This document shows positions 35,112-48,028 of a DNA stretch of 53,787 bases, in pieces (position 1 is the first letter of the stretch; every line of letters starts with the position of its first letter). A model generated the notes under the pieces. It made no database searches. It saw only the letters and a list, made by a program, of their open reading frames with translations, and was not told the origin of the DNA. The position numbers were made by a program, and so were the translations under genes. The stretch spans positions 1,279,116-1,332,902 of the forward strand of contig WELB01000013.1 of NCBI GenBank assembly GCA_009602725.1. Direction: 5' to 3'. Source of the DNA: Spirogloea muscicola (lineage: Eukaryota).

Positions 35112-37660
35112 ATGGCCGCCTCGCCGGCGCTCTCCGCTGCCGAGGCTGCCGTGTACGACCGCCAGATCCGCCTCTGGGGCGTGCGNCCCCTCCTCCTCGC
35201 AGGCTCACCGCCGCACGCGTCCTGGTCGCCGGCATCTCCAACGCCGTCGCCGAGGCACGCCTTCCCACCCCGCACCACTGCTCCCGCTCCACCCCGGACC
35301 GGGCCGCCGCCGGCCCTGCAGCCATGCGGCCTCTGCTCATCCAGCTCCCTGCTGGCGGCGGTACTGTGCGCCACAGGCGTGCAAGAACCTGGTGCTTGCC
35401 GGCGTCGGCTTCGTCACGCTGCTGGATGACAGGCCTGCCTGTGCCGACAACAGCGCTGGCAACTTCCTCGTCCCCATCGAAGCCGCCGCGGCCGACGCTC
35501 CACCGTCGCTCGCCGAAGCATGCGTTGGCACCCTGCGCGACTTCAACCCAATGGTGTCCGTTTCCTCCACCCCAGGTACCCCACACACTGAGCAGACGGC
35601 ACCGTGCTTAGTCAAGCTGGTTGTGCACATGGGGCGCAGCTCAACTACCGGCCCAAAAGTACGGCCAGTGAGAGTGCAGTAGTGTGACTGTTCCCCCAGG
35701 AATGATCGAGGGGATCCCGAGTGACTTTTTGGACTCCTTCGATGTGGTGCTACTGGGGCGTGCCAGCTTGGACACTCAGGTGCCCTCAAAATTCACCCGC
35801 CTCGGCCTCTCTAGACCCACCAGAGAATTTGCAGGGGTGGTGCACCACATCCGAGCTCTTGATGTGCTACTCCCGCAGATGGACACGTCCCTGGGTGTCC
35901 TGTTGCTGTATAGGTGTCCTGAAGACTTGTCCATAAGTGTCCTGTTGACTGGCACCTTCCACAATCGTAGACGCCTCTGTACCCGTCTTTTCCATCTGAC
36001 TCGTGCCACCCCCAGCTCTCTGGAATGCCCGTCAAGCAGTGCATTCAAGCAGAATGGGGTTGACTCTGAGAGAGGGGGTTCCACATACCGACACCCTTCC
36101 ATCCCAAGCACTTGCTACCAATGTCGTCAAACAACATTGAGCTGGCTCCTGACAGCCACAGCCCCTTGGTGGGGAGCAGCTTGTTAATCTCTTGTTGTCA
36201 TCTTTGGAATCTCGCATGTCGACCGGCATCCTCAGTACTCGCCTAAGTCTGGCACTGCTGGTATCAGGTGCACGTGAATGCATTGTGCCGCAGCCGGCCC
36301 AGGCCTCTGGCATTCTTTGCGGTGGAGCTGAGGGGTGGTTCTGGCCTCTTCTTCATGGACTTGAACAACCACACGTATTTTGTATGTTCCTGAAGCTCGC
36401 TCTAGTCAAGTAGGACTTGAGCCGCGTCTCTCCAATGGATGGGCTGCAGACCTCTCCGTTGTTGGCCTGGTCCACCCTGAGTGGATTGACGCCTGAAGTC
36501 GAGCTTGGCACCTGCAGAAGAAGGGGGAGACCTCTGGGGAGGTGGCCTTTCCAAGTCTCAAGGTGAGGCGCTCGTGCCAGCCAGCCAAACCCTGAACACT
36601 AAACCCTAGTCTCTAACCCCTCTGTGATTGTCAGATGCTTGTGGCTTCTTGCCCCGTCTACTTTGGAGGCTCTGCTAGCAGCCGTGCCATATGACTCCTG
36701 CACACACTGGTGCACAGAGATGAGCAGAGAATTTACGTTGCACAATAAGCTGCAGGATGTCTTGGCTGTAAGTTGGAATAACCTGCCCAAGAGAACGCCC
36801 GCTGTCTACTTTGCCATGCAAGGTGCGGATTCCATTTACCTTTTCTGCCAGATAGCGAGGCCTTGGAGCCCGCTGGAGTTGGGCAAGTCCAGCATTTTGA
36901 TGAGCTGGCTAGACTCAGACTTGTTTAAGTCAGGAAGCTTGCCAAAGTGGTTGTATTGTCAGGGAGGCACTGATTGTGTGCCGTGGCTCACTACAGTCAT
37001 ACTCCTCTACGAGGCTCGTGACAAGCAGGGTCTTTCCTTCGTCACTCTGGATGACATGCCGGCTTTGTGCAAGTTTCGGGATGAACACTGCCGCCGACAG
37101 GTGCAGTGCCTCATCGGCTCATGTGGCTGAGATGCTTTTTGGGGTTGCTGCTCCTCCCAGCTCATGGTCATGACATCAGTTTGTGACCATTGGCAAGGTT
37201 GCACAGCCAAACCCTGCTGTCCTGTCCCTGCGCTCAGGAATTGCCACTATCTCGCGTCTCAGATGGAGCTCTTCAGGAGATTCTTATGGCTAAAGGCAAG
37301 GAGATTCCTGCTGTCAGCGCCATCATCGGGGGGGTACTAGGCCAGGTGGGCTGCACATTCTACGAGTCCTTGCCTCCATGCCGCTGTATGTCTGTCCTCA
37401 TACCAACTACTGCAGCTCCTTACTCCGTGTAACGTAAAGTGCGGCAACAAACCTTGGTCGGAATTTCCTGTTAATCGGCAGAGGCACCTCTCAGCAGCTC
37501 TTGGAGCTGCATGACATTGTGACGCAATGCTGTGCCTACTCTGGTGCAGGAAATCATCAAATGCTTGTCGGGAATAGGAGAGCCATTTCGGAACTACTTT
37601 GTCTTTGATATGGCCAGCGGAGAGGGCTCCGTGGTCTCCTGTCTGCCACCGAGCAGCTAG
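35112..37660 (+). CDS. SAE1: SUMO-activating enzyme subunit 1 (Aos1/SAE1), multi-exon
   Basis: Motifs seen: EAAVYDRQIRLWG, ACKNLVLAGVGFVTLLD, LRDFNPMVSV, FFAVELRG..GLFFMDL, EIPAVSAIIGGVLGQEIIKCLSGIGEPFRNYFVFD. Confidence 0.9.
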
Positions 37661-39089
37661 GCAGTGAGCACTGTGTGAAGTGTGAGGAGGGAGGGGCGTG
37701 ATGCAGCACGGTGAGCAGATGCCACAATGCATTCCGCATGCTTGCGTTGCAGGATGGCCGGTGTGCAGAAACTATCTTCATTAGAGGTGTGATAACGCTG
37801 GTGGGCATTCAGCAGTGGGGAGTCAGATGTCGTGGCTCGGCAGCACCACTGTGGAGCACCTGGTGACTCTTCGAAATTCTGCCCATGCAGATGCCTACTA
37901 GCACATAGCATTGTCCCAAGGCGAGGCTGTGTGAACCAGACAAGACTGCATCTTGATTGCGAGGTATGTTGGCTTGGGCCAGGGGCATGGACCAATGGTC
38001 AGATATGTCTGGACTGCCTAGACTGCAATAAGTAACCAGCTTGCCTGATGTCCATTCCACATTGGTCAGACTCCAGATGCTCTTCATCCTGATGCAGGCG
38101 GCTTGCTACCCTGTAGTTAAGCTCTGTACAATAACCGCTGCAGTGCGAGGTGCGAGGTGGCGGCCACTGGGGGACTCATGCCTGAAGAGCTCAGAGGACT
38201 CATGCAAGCAGATTGTGGCTGTCAGAGGCAGTGCAACGAGTGGCACGCCACAGATTCTGTCACTTGCCCGATATTCTCGGACCAGGTGCTGTCAACGTCA
38301 GCCTGACGTGCTGAGAAGTGCAGGTGGCACTTCTCAGCACGTCATGTATCTGGCAAGCTGTGGAGCGTGGCTGCCAGCAAGGACACTGGAAATATGTTGG
38401 GGATGCTGGCATACTGATGCTAAGGCTGGAGCCCTGGTCAGGCGAGGGGCTGCAATGCAGGGGCGTTTGTTGACGCGACAAACGGACTGACCTAGCACAA
38501 GACCGGTTAGGTGGCCACAGAGGCACGTTGCTTATGATTATCAAAGTGGCCTCGCAGCAGCGCCAGCACACGCCCAGTTGAATTTGCCGTGGTTCCACCA
38601 AAGTGGAGCAGGCTTTATGGTGGAGATCTTCACCCACTGCCAGCCTGGACAGCTCCAATGCAGGTGCGGCTGGACGCGCCATGCTGTGGCTGGGGTCTTC
38701 GAAGGGAGCACGAAGACGTTAACAACCTCTGCAGTCTTTTCTGCACCTCGCATTGGATGCCATCGGGGCCTTGTGAGCAGCAACTGGCACCCTCTGCTCG
38801 CCCGCCCATTGCACTGAGGCAAACCGCCCTGGGAAACACCACGGCTTATCCTGCTTGCGCGCTCAGGAGCACTCATCTGTCATGTCCCGGGCCTGCACTT
38901 TGCACTCAGCGCGCTTTTGCTGCTGCAATTGGGTCTTGCAATGAATGCGGCTCCTGATATTAAAAATCGGGCCTAAAAGGCCAGCCAAGTCTTGCAGGAG
39001 GGTCGCTTTTCCAGGCCCGCTCCTCTTGGGCTGGCCTCTCACAGCCATCACCTTGCATGAGAAGAGCCTTTTGGTCGTCATGGCTGGCC

Positions 39090-39360
39090 TCTCACGGCCT
39101 CTCACCGGCCTGGCCGTGCTCTCGCTGCGGCCTCCGGCTTTCGTCAGGGGGATAGTTTTCCGGCAGCTAGTCTGTCGGATGTGAGGCTCCTTACTCGTCA
39201 CTACTGAGTGGTCCATCCTCCCCCCTTCTGCCATAGCCTCTTCAGGCCCCACAGTTGCTGCTTAGCTCGTAATTTGGCCCCTTCGAACCTTGTCAATTCT
39301 TTTCGGGCTGGCTTCTCACAGCCCTTGCCCCCATTGGGAGAGCCACTTCTTCTCACGGCC
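39090..39360 (+). mobile_element. Young 5'-truncated retro-copy with TSD
   Basis: TCTCACGGCC at 39090-39099 and 39351-39360 flanks a copy near-identical to 33885-34125. Confidence 0.8.
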
Positions 39361-39701
39361 ATCACCTCTTTCGGAAGAGCTCTCCATTCATTACCGTTGG
39401 CTGCCGACTGCCGAGTCGTAGCACAGGGTGACGCTCTCATCGGCGAGCGGGCTGGGGAGAGGCATCGGCCGGCAGGCGAGCGCAGGCTGCCCGCAGGCGT
39501 CGGGAGCTGCGAGAGGCGGCCCGGAGGCCCAAAACCCCCGCGAGAAGGAGAGGAGGGGGCTCGTCCGACGAAAGGCGACGGCCGGGGTTCGGGGTTTGGG
39601 GCTCGGAGGGCCGGCCCGGGGAGGCCCCGCCGCCGCTGGCCGGAAGCAGAAAGCCCCCCCCCCCCACCTCCCGGAGCCGCCGGGCCGCGCCGACCGCCGC
39701 C

Positions 39702-41843
39702 ATGGCCGCCGCCGCGACCCCGCCGNNNNNNNNNNNNNNNNNNNNNNNNNNNNNNNNNNNNACGCTCTTCCGATCTCCGGGCGTCCGCCACCACCGGCGC
39801 CGCGGCCGGCTGGGCGGCGGCCGACGACGAGGAGCCGGACCGCGGGCTGCGGGAGGAGTGCGGCGTGGTGGGCGTGTTCGGCGACGACGAGGCGGCGCGC
39901 GTGTGCCACCTGCTGCTGCACGCGCTGCAGCACCGCGGGCAGGAGGGCGCCGGCATCACCACCTGCGACGCCGGGCACCTGCGGAGCACCACCGGCATCG
40001 GCCTGGTGGCCGACGTGTTCAGCGAGGCCAAGCTGGCCGCGCTCCCGGGCTCCAGCGCCATCGGGCACGTGCGCTACGCCACCGCGGGCGCGTCCGTGCT
40101 CAAGAACGTGCAGCCGTTCGTGGCGTCGTACCGCTTCGGCGCCGTGGCCGTGGCGCACAACGGCAACCTGGTGAACTACTCGGAGCTGCGCGCGATGCTG
40201 GAGGAGAAGGGCTCCATCTTCAACACCTCGTCCGACACCGAGGTCGTGCTGCACCTCATCGCCATGTCCAAGGTCCGGCCCTTCATCGCGCGCCTCGTCT
40301 CCGCCTGTGAGCAGCTGGAGGGCGCCTACTCCCTCGTCTTCCTCACCCAGGACAAGCTCGTGGCGGTGCGCGACCCCTACGGCTTCCGCCCGCTCGTCAT
40401 CGGCCGCAAGGCCAATGGCGCGGTCGTCATTGCGTCCGAGACCTGCGCCCTCGACCTGATCGAGGCCACTTACGAGCGCGAGGTGCAACCGGGGGAGGTG
40501 GTGGTCGTGGACAAGGACGGAGTCAGCACCATGTGCCTCATGCTGCACAAGCCCCGCAAAGCCTGCGTGTTCGAGCACATCTACTTTGCCATGCCCAACT
40601 CCCTCGTCTTCGGCCGCTCCGTGTACCAGGTGGGCCACCCGGCCCTCCCTTGCCGAGGCAGCCGGTTGCTCGCCTGCAAGGCGAGCAGGTGCATCATGCC
40701 TCTTGCTTTGGGGGGGGTCCCTGTTGCTGCATATGGGGCTGCTTGCAGCCGCGAGAGCCTTGTACAAGATGCTGACGTCGTCTCGTGAGCCTCTCTGCCA
40801 CGCAGTCGAGGTACACGGTTGGGCAGATTTTGGCTACAGTGGCGCCAGTGGACTGTGACATTGTCATTGCCGTGCCAGACTCTGGCGTGGTCGCCGCCCT
40901 TGGATACGCTGCCAAGGCAGGAGTGCCCTTCCAGCAGGGCCTCATTCGCTCCCACTATGTTGGGCGCACGTTTATCGAGCCCTCCCAGAAGATTCGAGAC
41001 TTTGGTGTCAAGCTGAAGCTGTCACCCGTGAAGCCCGTCCTCAAGGTGAGGAGGACAGTGCATGCCAACCCGTGTCTTGCTTCCGCTCTGCACATGTCCA
41101 AGTCTCAGCTCGTCACGCAGCTCTCGCAGTCTCGCAACGGGCCTAACCTTCAGCAGACTGTGATCGTCCTGGGCGGGCCTGTCTCTGACAGGCAGATGTG
41201 CCGTGCCGTCGCATAGGGGAAGAGAGTGGTTGTGGTCGATGACAGCATCGTGAGAGGCACCACAAGCTCCAAGATTGTTAGGCTGATCAAGGAGGCTGGT
41301 GCCACTGAAGTGCACATGCGCATAGCGTGCCCGCCCATCACGGGCTCCTGCTACTATGGTGTCGATACCCCCAGCCGCAAGGTGGGTTGGCACCGAAGAC
41401 CCTGCTCTCTGCAACCAGGCTGGCACACAAAAAACGGTCCAGCTCACACATGGACTCCTTCAACAGCCCGGCTACGAGAGCCTGATATACGTTACTCCGT
41501 GCTGTTTCTGCAGGAGCTCATATCCTATAGACTAAATGTGGAGGAGACCAAGCAATTTATTGGTGCAGACTCTCTGGCCTTCCTGCCGCTGGATAGCCTG
41601 CATGAGATGCTGGGAGAGGAAGCCCCCACTTTCTGCGATGCATGTTTTTCCGGCGCTTACCCAATACCTCCCAAGGACCTGCTGAAGGATGCTGATGCGG
41701 ACAAGCAGAGTAAGATGCTGACTGGGGGAAGGCTTTTGGAGGAGGACAAGGAGGATCCTGTCGAAGAGGTCAATGGGATGACCAGGGCCACTAAAGTGCA
41801 GACTGGAGACAAGGAGATCTTCTTGCAGGCAGGAGGGCGATGA
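39702..41843 (+). CDS. purF: Amidophosphoribosyltransferase (plastid-type), multi-exon
   Basis: Motifs seen: [75 protein letters not shown]. Confidence 0.95.
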
Positions 41844-42951
41844 CAGCTTTATGAAGGCCTCCAGAAGTCAGAAGCTGATGCCCTCTCAGTGACAGTCCCA
41901 GTCAGTCCATGCACGCCTGGGCCTGAGTGGTATGCATGCTAAGACATGCTTAGGGGCCATGATGATGGCTTGAGACGAGCTTGTATGCACATCTCTGATT
42001 GCTATTTTCATGGCATCCACTGGCCACTCGGCTGGCAGGCCCACTTGTGTACAAAGGACCCACTCTGGATGTCACTCATAGGGAGTGCTCCATAGTGGTC
42101 GCTTACTTAGCTCCCCCATAGCAACCAGTCTTCCCCTAGCAAGAGCAAAACTTTTGCCTAGGCAATTTGCAAGCCCTCACGGAGAACTGGCCTAACCCTG
42201 GAGGCCAAGCTGCTCTTACTCACTCAGTTAGTGTCCAAAGAGGCATCGAGATCCCGCCTGCACTCCTCACAGCTGGATACGATTCCAGCCTTGCTTGCTT
42301 ACCTCAGTAAGGATTAACATCCCTTACTGGATATCACATTGGCCATGGCAATTTCCAATCATCAATCAGCTTAAGACTTGGAGCCTGCCAGATGACAGCA
42401 TCCTGACCCACAACCACGCAGTGCCAAGAAGGAGCATCAATAGCTGCTTGCATATAAAATCGCAGGTACCTGAAAGCAAAGCTTGACATGACATGAGATA
42501 ATGAAGGACAAGGCCACGCTACTGTATGCACCAGCATCAACCCCTCACCAGCTAGGCAATAGTTCCTCTCTCTTCTGCTCATGTGCAGCACCTCGCACAT
42601 TCCCCACTGCATCTGAGAAGGCAGTGAATCAGTGCAATTGAGCAGGGACTCTGTGGTGTTGTTTATCCGGCGCGCTTGGAGCAAAAGGAGGCCAACAACT
42701 ACATTCCGGAGCAGCAAGTAGGTATGACAGGAATAGCAACGGTCTCTCTGAAGCAGGTAGGCACTGACGTGGAATCCTCTATCCACAAACTCACCAAAGA
42801 TGACAGAGCATGCCCTGGCCAAACAGATCCAGCTGTGGCCATGCCCACAGATTTGCAAAGACCAGCCACAGGATTCTCACGAAATGTCCTGTCAATTGCA
42901 GTGGCAGGGCAGTCACATGATCTGAACTGTGCGTCTGCCCACAAGTCATCG

Positions 42952-44234
42952 TCAGCTGAATTCAGCATCTTCAAGGCCTGCGATGCTGTGGTGGCGTGAA
43001 AGTGTGCGGAGGAGGGGAGGAGGATGGAAGAGCTTGCAGCAAGCAAGCAGCCAACACATAGATATACTCATGGCCCACCTCAAGGCCCCTCTCTGCCCTG
43101 TTGAGAGGCTTTGCGAGGGCTCTCAAAGCCAGCGGCTCGTCCTCGTCGTCTTCACCAGCAGCTGGTGAGCAGTTTGCAGGCTCGGGCGCTTTTGGTGTGA
43201 CTTTTCCCCTTGGAGCATGGGCAGGAGGTCCGACATGAGCCGCCGAGCTCGCGTCAGGCGCTTTGTCTTCCTTTGGAGGGCGCTTTCGCTTGGGAGGTGC
43301 CCGAGGCAGCGCTGCCTTGGGTTGTGAGCCCTGCTGCTTGTACTTGACGGTCAGAGGCTTGGCCTGCTGGGATGTGCTCCCCTCACCTTGCCCTTCAGGA
43401 GGTGCCTTTGACTGCAGCCGCACAATCAGCAGTTCAAGCTCGCTCAAATGCAGGCAGCGGCAGCAGGTGTGGACGGTTGGGAAGGAAGAGTCTGACAGGC
43501 TCTGAGAATCACAGTAGCTTGAAGAGATAAGGCCAGCTTTCGAGAAGTTTCTGAGAAGGCCGTGGATGCAAGAGCAGGTGCTTGCTCAAGTGCCCCTATA
43601 GGCGGGCTTTGCAATCGGCGAGGCGACCATCGGGCCACGTGCAGGGACCTGGAAGTGTTGCCAGAGCATGAGCCTGGTGGCAAGGTCCTCCTCGGGATAC
43701 AGGTGCCAGAAGCGCTTCAGGGTGAGCATGTGGTTGACCATGCGGTTGTGGTAGCGCCGCAGCTCGCAGTAGTACTGCAGCACGAGCAGCGCACCTGGGC
43801 CAGGATGAGCGCAGCAGGGCAGGCGAGCTCGAGGCGAGAGGGGCGTTGCGCCCGTGGTGGCAAGGCGCGAGGGGCAGGGAGGTGCGGCAGGCCTGGCGGC
43901 GCTGGAGGAAGCGGAGGCCCTGGTCGTAGCAGATGACGCGGGGGTGGCAGCGGCCGGACGTGAGGCGCGCCCACAGGGCGGCCATGGGGCTGGCGAAGTG
44001 GAAGGGTGCGGTGCCGGCGAGTAGGTCGGCCAGCGTGGCCTGCAGCGCGGCGTCGTCCATGGCGGGCAGGCCCGCCAGGAGGTCGTACCGCTCGCCGTCG
44101 GTCAGGCAGGCGTTCCAGGACGCCGGGCTGAGCACCGCGGCCAAGCCGGCGCCGCCCGCCGGCAGCGCAAAGAGCGACGCCGGCAGCAGGCACGCCGCGG
44201 GCCCCACCTGGCACAGCTCCAGCGGCGCCGCCGC
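42952..44234 (-). CDS. NFRKB-like (DEUBAD-domain) protein; 5' end in the gap, 3' end approximate
   Basis: LCQVG...LSPASWNACLTDGERYDLLAGLPAMD...TLADLLAG.PFHFASP...GRCHPRV..Y..GLRFLQRRQ|YYCELRRYHNRMV matches the plant NFRKB N-terminal DEUBAD region. Confidence 0.8.
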
Positions 44235-44476
44235 NNNNNNNNNNNNNNNNNNNNNNNNNNNNNNNNNNNNNNNNNNNNNNNNNNNNNNNNNNNNNNNNNN
44301 NNNNNNNNNNNNNNNNNNNNNNNNNNNNNNNNNNNNNNNNNNNNNNNNNNNNNNNNNNNNNNNNNNNNNNNNNNNNNNNNNNNNNNNNNNNNNNNNNNNN
44401 NNNNNNNNNNNNNNNNNNNNNNNNNNNNNNNNCCCTGCCCCCGGCCCGCCCGTGCCCCGCCCCGCCGGCGGCGGCA

Positions 44477-46990
44477 TGGCGGAGGGGCCGGAGACGGACA
44501 AGAACATCGAGATATGGAAGATCAAGAAGCTGATCAAGGCGCTGGAGAGCGCGCGTGGCAACGGCACGTCCATGATCTCGCTCATCATGCCGCCGCGCGA
44601 CCAGGTGTCGCGCGTCACCAAGATGCTGGGCGACGAGTTCGGCACGGCGTCCAACATCAAGAACCGCGTCAACCGGCAGTCCGTGCTCGGCGCCATCACC
44701 TCCGCCCAGCAGCGCCTCAAGCTCTACAACCGGGTGAGCCAGCCGGGTGCCCCCTCGCTCACGCCTCCGCTGCCCTCCCGCGCCCGCGCGACGGCTCGGG
44801 CCGTTCCGCCCCGCCGCTCAAATCCCCTCCACCGCTGCCCCTCTCGCTCGCTCGCTCGCTCGCTCGCTCCAGGTCCCGCCCAACGGCCTGGTCCTCTACA
44901 CGGGGACCATCGTGACGGACGACGGCAAGGAGAAGAAGGTCACCATCGACTTTGAGCCCTTCAAGCCCATCAACGCCTCCCTCTACCTCTGTGACAACAA
45001 GTTCCACACCGAGGCCCTGAATGAGCTGCTAGAATCAGGTGCACACAACCCGACCCACAAATCTCGGCCTCGACGCTCATCCCTCGTTGCTGCTCGGAGA
45101 TCCACCAGTACACCAAGGCATTGCTCTCTGACGAGACACGCAGAGCTCCAGCCCTGATGGGGGGTGCCTCGACCGACCTGATGCTGGTACCCAGATGACA
45201 AGTTTGGCTTCATCGTCATGGACGGCAACGGCACGCTCTTTGGGACCCTCAGTGGCAACACCAGGGAGATCCTGCACAAGTTCTCTGTGGAGCTGCCCAA
45301 GAAACACGGCCGAGGAGGACAGTCTGCCCTCCGCTTTGCTCGACTCCGTATGGAGAAGCGACACAACTACGTCAGGAAAACGGCCGAGCTGGCTGTCCAG
45401 TTCTTCATCAACCCAACCACGAGGTGAGGGGCATGCAGTCCTTCTGCGCCAGTGGCAACAACTTCTGGTCATAGCACTCGACAGTCTGCACCGCGTGCGT
45501 GGAGCAAGTGAGTCTTGGCATAAAGTTGGCCCAACAGTTGAAGCAGGGCCGCACCTGCACCTATACCTGTGGAACTTCGCTTCAGTGTGCTAATTCTCAG
45601 TTTTGTATGTGCAGTCAAATCAATGTCTCCGGATTGATACTTGCTGGATCCGCAGACTTCAAGACTGAACTTAGCCAATCTGACATGTTTGATCAAAGAT
45701 TGGCGGTACGGGCTCCATCCTCCTAGCTTTAGAGCGATTCTGTCGACACGATTTAAGACAGCGCGAGCTGTCTGGATTTGTGGGTGCTACTGCTCAGTAT
45801 TTCTCATTTCTGATCCTTGGGCTCGCCTTTGCAGACCAAGGTGTTAAACGTTGTCGATGTGTCATACGGGGGAGAAAACGGCTTCAATCAGGCTATTGAG
45901 CTTTCAGCCGAGATACTCGCTAACGTCAAATTCATTCAGGTGCTCCTTGCTGTGCCCAATCAACCTGGGCCCAGGTCATCTGCTGAGAATCGATTTGGTC
46001 TTGAATCTTGCCTTCACTGCCTGACCTTCCAAAGTGTAGGACGGTGCTGCCATACTCCATGACGTGCTGGAAAGATCGTTCTTTGGAGGGGAATTCACCC
46101 CTGCTCTTGTCAATGTTAGGAGAAACGGCTGATTGGGAAGTACTTCGAGGAGATCAGTCAGGACACAGGAAAGTACGTGTTTGGCGTGGAGGACACCCTG
46201 AAAGGGCTGGAGATGGGTGCAGTGGAGACCCTCATTGTGTGGGAGAATCTTGAGACCAACCGCTACGTTCTGAAGGTACAGAGCCACTGCCCTGCATGAT
46301 GCGTATCAGTGTACTTTTGTGCGACTTTAGTTGGCTGCGCCCAACCACCCAAGCCCAAGAGCCCTCTCCTCTAGGTCAGCCCACGCACATCAAATCGTCT
46401 TGGCAAAGAAAATCGTCCATTTGTGCTGCTGCAGAATGCAGTGACTGGCGAAGTTGTCATCAAGCACCTGACCAAGGAGCAAGAGGCAGATCAAAGTCAC
46501 TTCAGGGATCCAGAAACTCAGGCGGAGTTGGAGGTGCAAGAGAAGCTGTCTCTTCTAGAGTGGTTTGCCAACGAGTACAAACGCTTTGGGTGTCAGTTGG
46601 AATTTGTGACCAACAAATCCCAAGAAGGCTCTCAATTTTGCAGAGGTACGTTGCTTCGCTTATGCATTAGGGATGATGTTGACATTTACGGTAGTCGCCA
46701 CGGGGAGGGGGTACAATGTATGTTCTTGCGCAACAGGGGCTGAATAGCAATCCACGTGGTGCAAGGTCAAATCACTTAGCGGCGCTATATACAATCGCTG
46801 TGGGTAGGACAAGGTCTCGGGCTGGCATTGCCCTGGATCGATTGGTTGACACGCGTCTCAGGCACTTTCCGTGTGTGGCAAATGGGCAGGTTTTGGCGGC
46901 ATAGGAGGCATCCTCCGATACCAGCTGGACATGCGCACCTTTGACGAGTTGTCTGATGATGACGGCGGTGTCTACGAGAACTCTGACTAG
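44477..46990 (+). CDS. eRF1: Eukaryotic peptide chain release factor 1, multi-exon
   Basis: Motifs seen: [54 protein letters not shown]. Confidence 0.97.
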
Positions 46991-47396
46991 CATGTACAAT
47001 AGCAACCCCCTTGCAAGTCCCTTGTACGCCACTCCGGACAGCCATAACCCTGACCTTTCTGTACCGTGCGTCCGCCTCTAAGCATGGCAGCAGCTGCCGT
47101 TGGCTGTGCCTCTGTTGCGCCGGCATCAGGGCAGAGCAAGGTGAGCCATGGCGAGCGGGCGGAGGAGGGGTGGACGGGCAGTCGAGGTGAGGGGTGCTTG
47201 CGGAGCACCCCTGGGGCGAGGCGTGGGCCTGGGCCTGGGGGCTGAGGCGAAGTGGGTGCCGCCCACCGTGGCTCGCCATGGTGCCAAGTGGCGCCCGCCG
47301 GGCGAGCCCTAGGCTGCGCGCCCCCGGCGCTGCTGCGGGCGCTCCTTCGCCCAGCTCCGCCATGGCCGCCGCCTGCCGCCTGCCCCCGCGCGGGCC

Positions 47397-47429
<33 letters not shown>

Positions 47430-48028
47430 CCGCGCTGCGCCGCCCGACCCCGGGTGCGCTCCTCGGCACCGCCCCACCTCCGCGGCCTGGCCTGCGCCTC
47501 CCGCCGGCCGGCCGTGGCCTCGATGCAGCCCCGGGCCCACCTGCATCCTGCGGGCGTCAGCTCTGACTCCCTCCGGTCTCGCAGCAGGCCGACCGCCAGA
47601 CGAGGGGCAGAGTGCCGCTGCGGGGGCTCCCACCGCCGAGCCCGATGCCACGCCAGCGCCCGCTTGGCAAGGCGGCATGCAGTCAGCCGAGATTCGCGCA
47701 CTCGAGCGCTGCCACTGGCCTCACTGTTGTGGCTCAAGCGTCGTCCCCGACCTCGAGAACGGGCGCAACAGTAAACACGGGGACCGCGCGGTCGCGAGGA
47801 CGCCTCGACGGTGGTCCTCCCGGCGGGTGATGGCCTGCTCACTGCGGCTGGCACCTGCATCAATCACACTGCTGTTGGCACCCAGGGTCATCTCTCATCT
47901 CACAACTCGGTGGCCTGTATCCAGAGCGGATGTAGGTGGCAATGTGACTCGAGCATGCGACAAGCATGCTCTGCGCTCTTGCATGTCAAGGTGCTGAGGG
48001 ACGTGCATTGGCGCCTCCTCCTCCACAG

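Noticed and set aside
36587..36620. Degenerate AAACCCT repeats in an SAE1 intron
   Set aside because: Too short and degenerate to assign a function.
37800..38950. Short ORFs between SAE1 and purF (also 50692-51139 and 824-1300)
   Set aside because: No recognisable motifs or consistent exon chain.
39762..39776. ACGCTCTTCCGATCT next to the gap in purF
   Set aside because: This is Illumina adapter sequence, an assembly artefact.
39391..40767. 458-aa antisense ORF over purF
   Set aside because: Shadow ORF caused by high GC3 codon bias.
47401..47429. Poly-T tract in a GC-rich promoter region
   Set aside because: Probably an artefact or simple repeat; no TSD or retrocopy body was seen.
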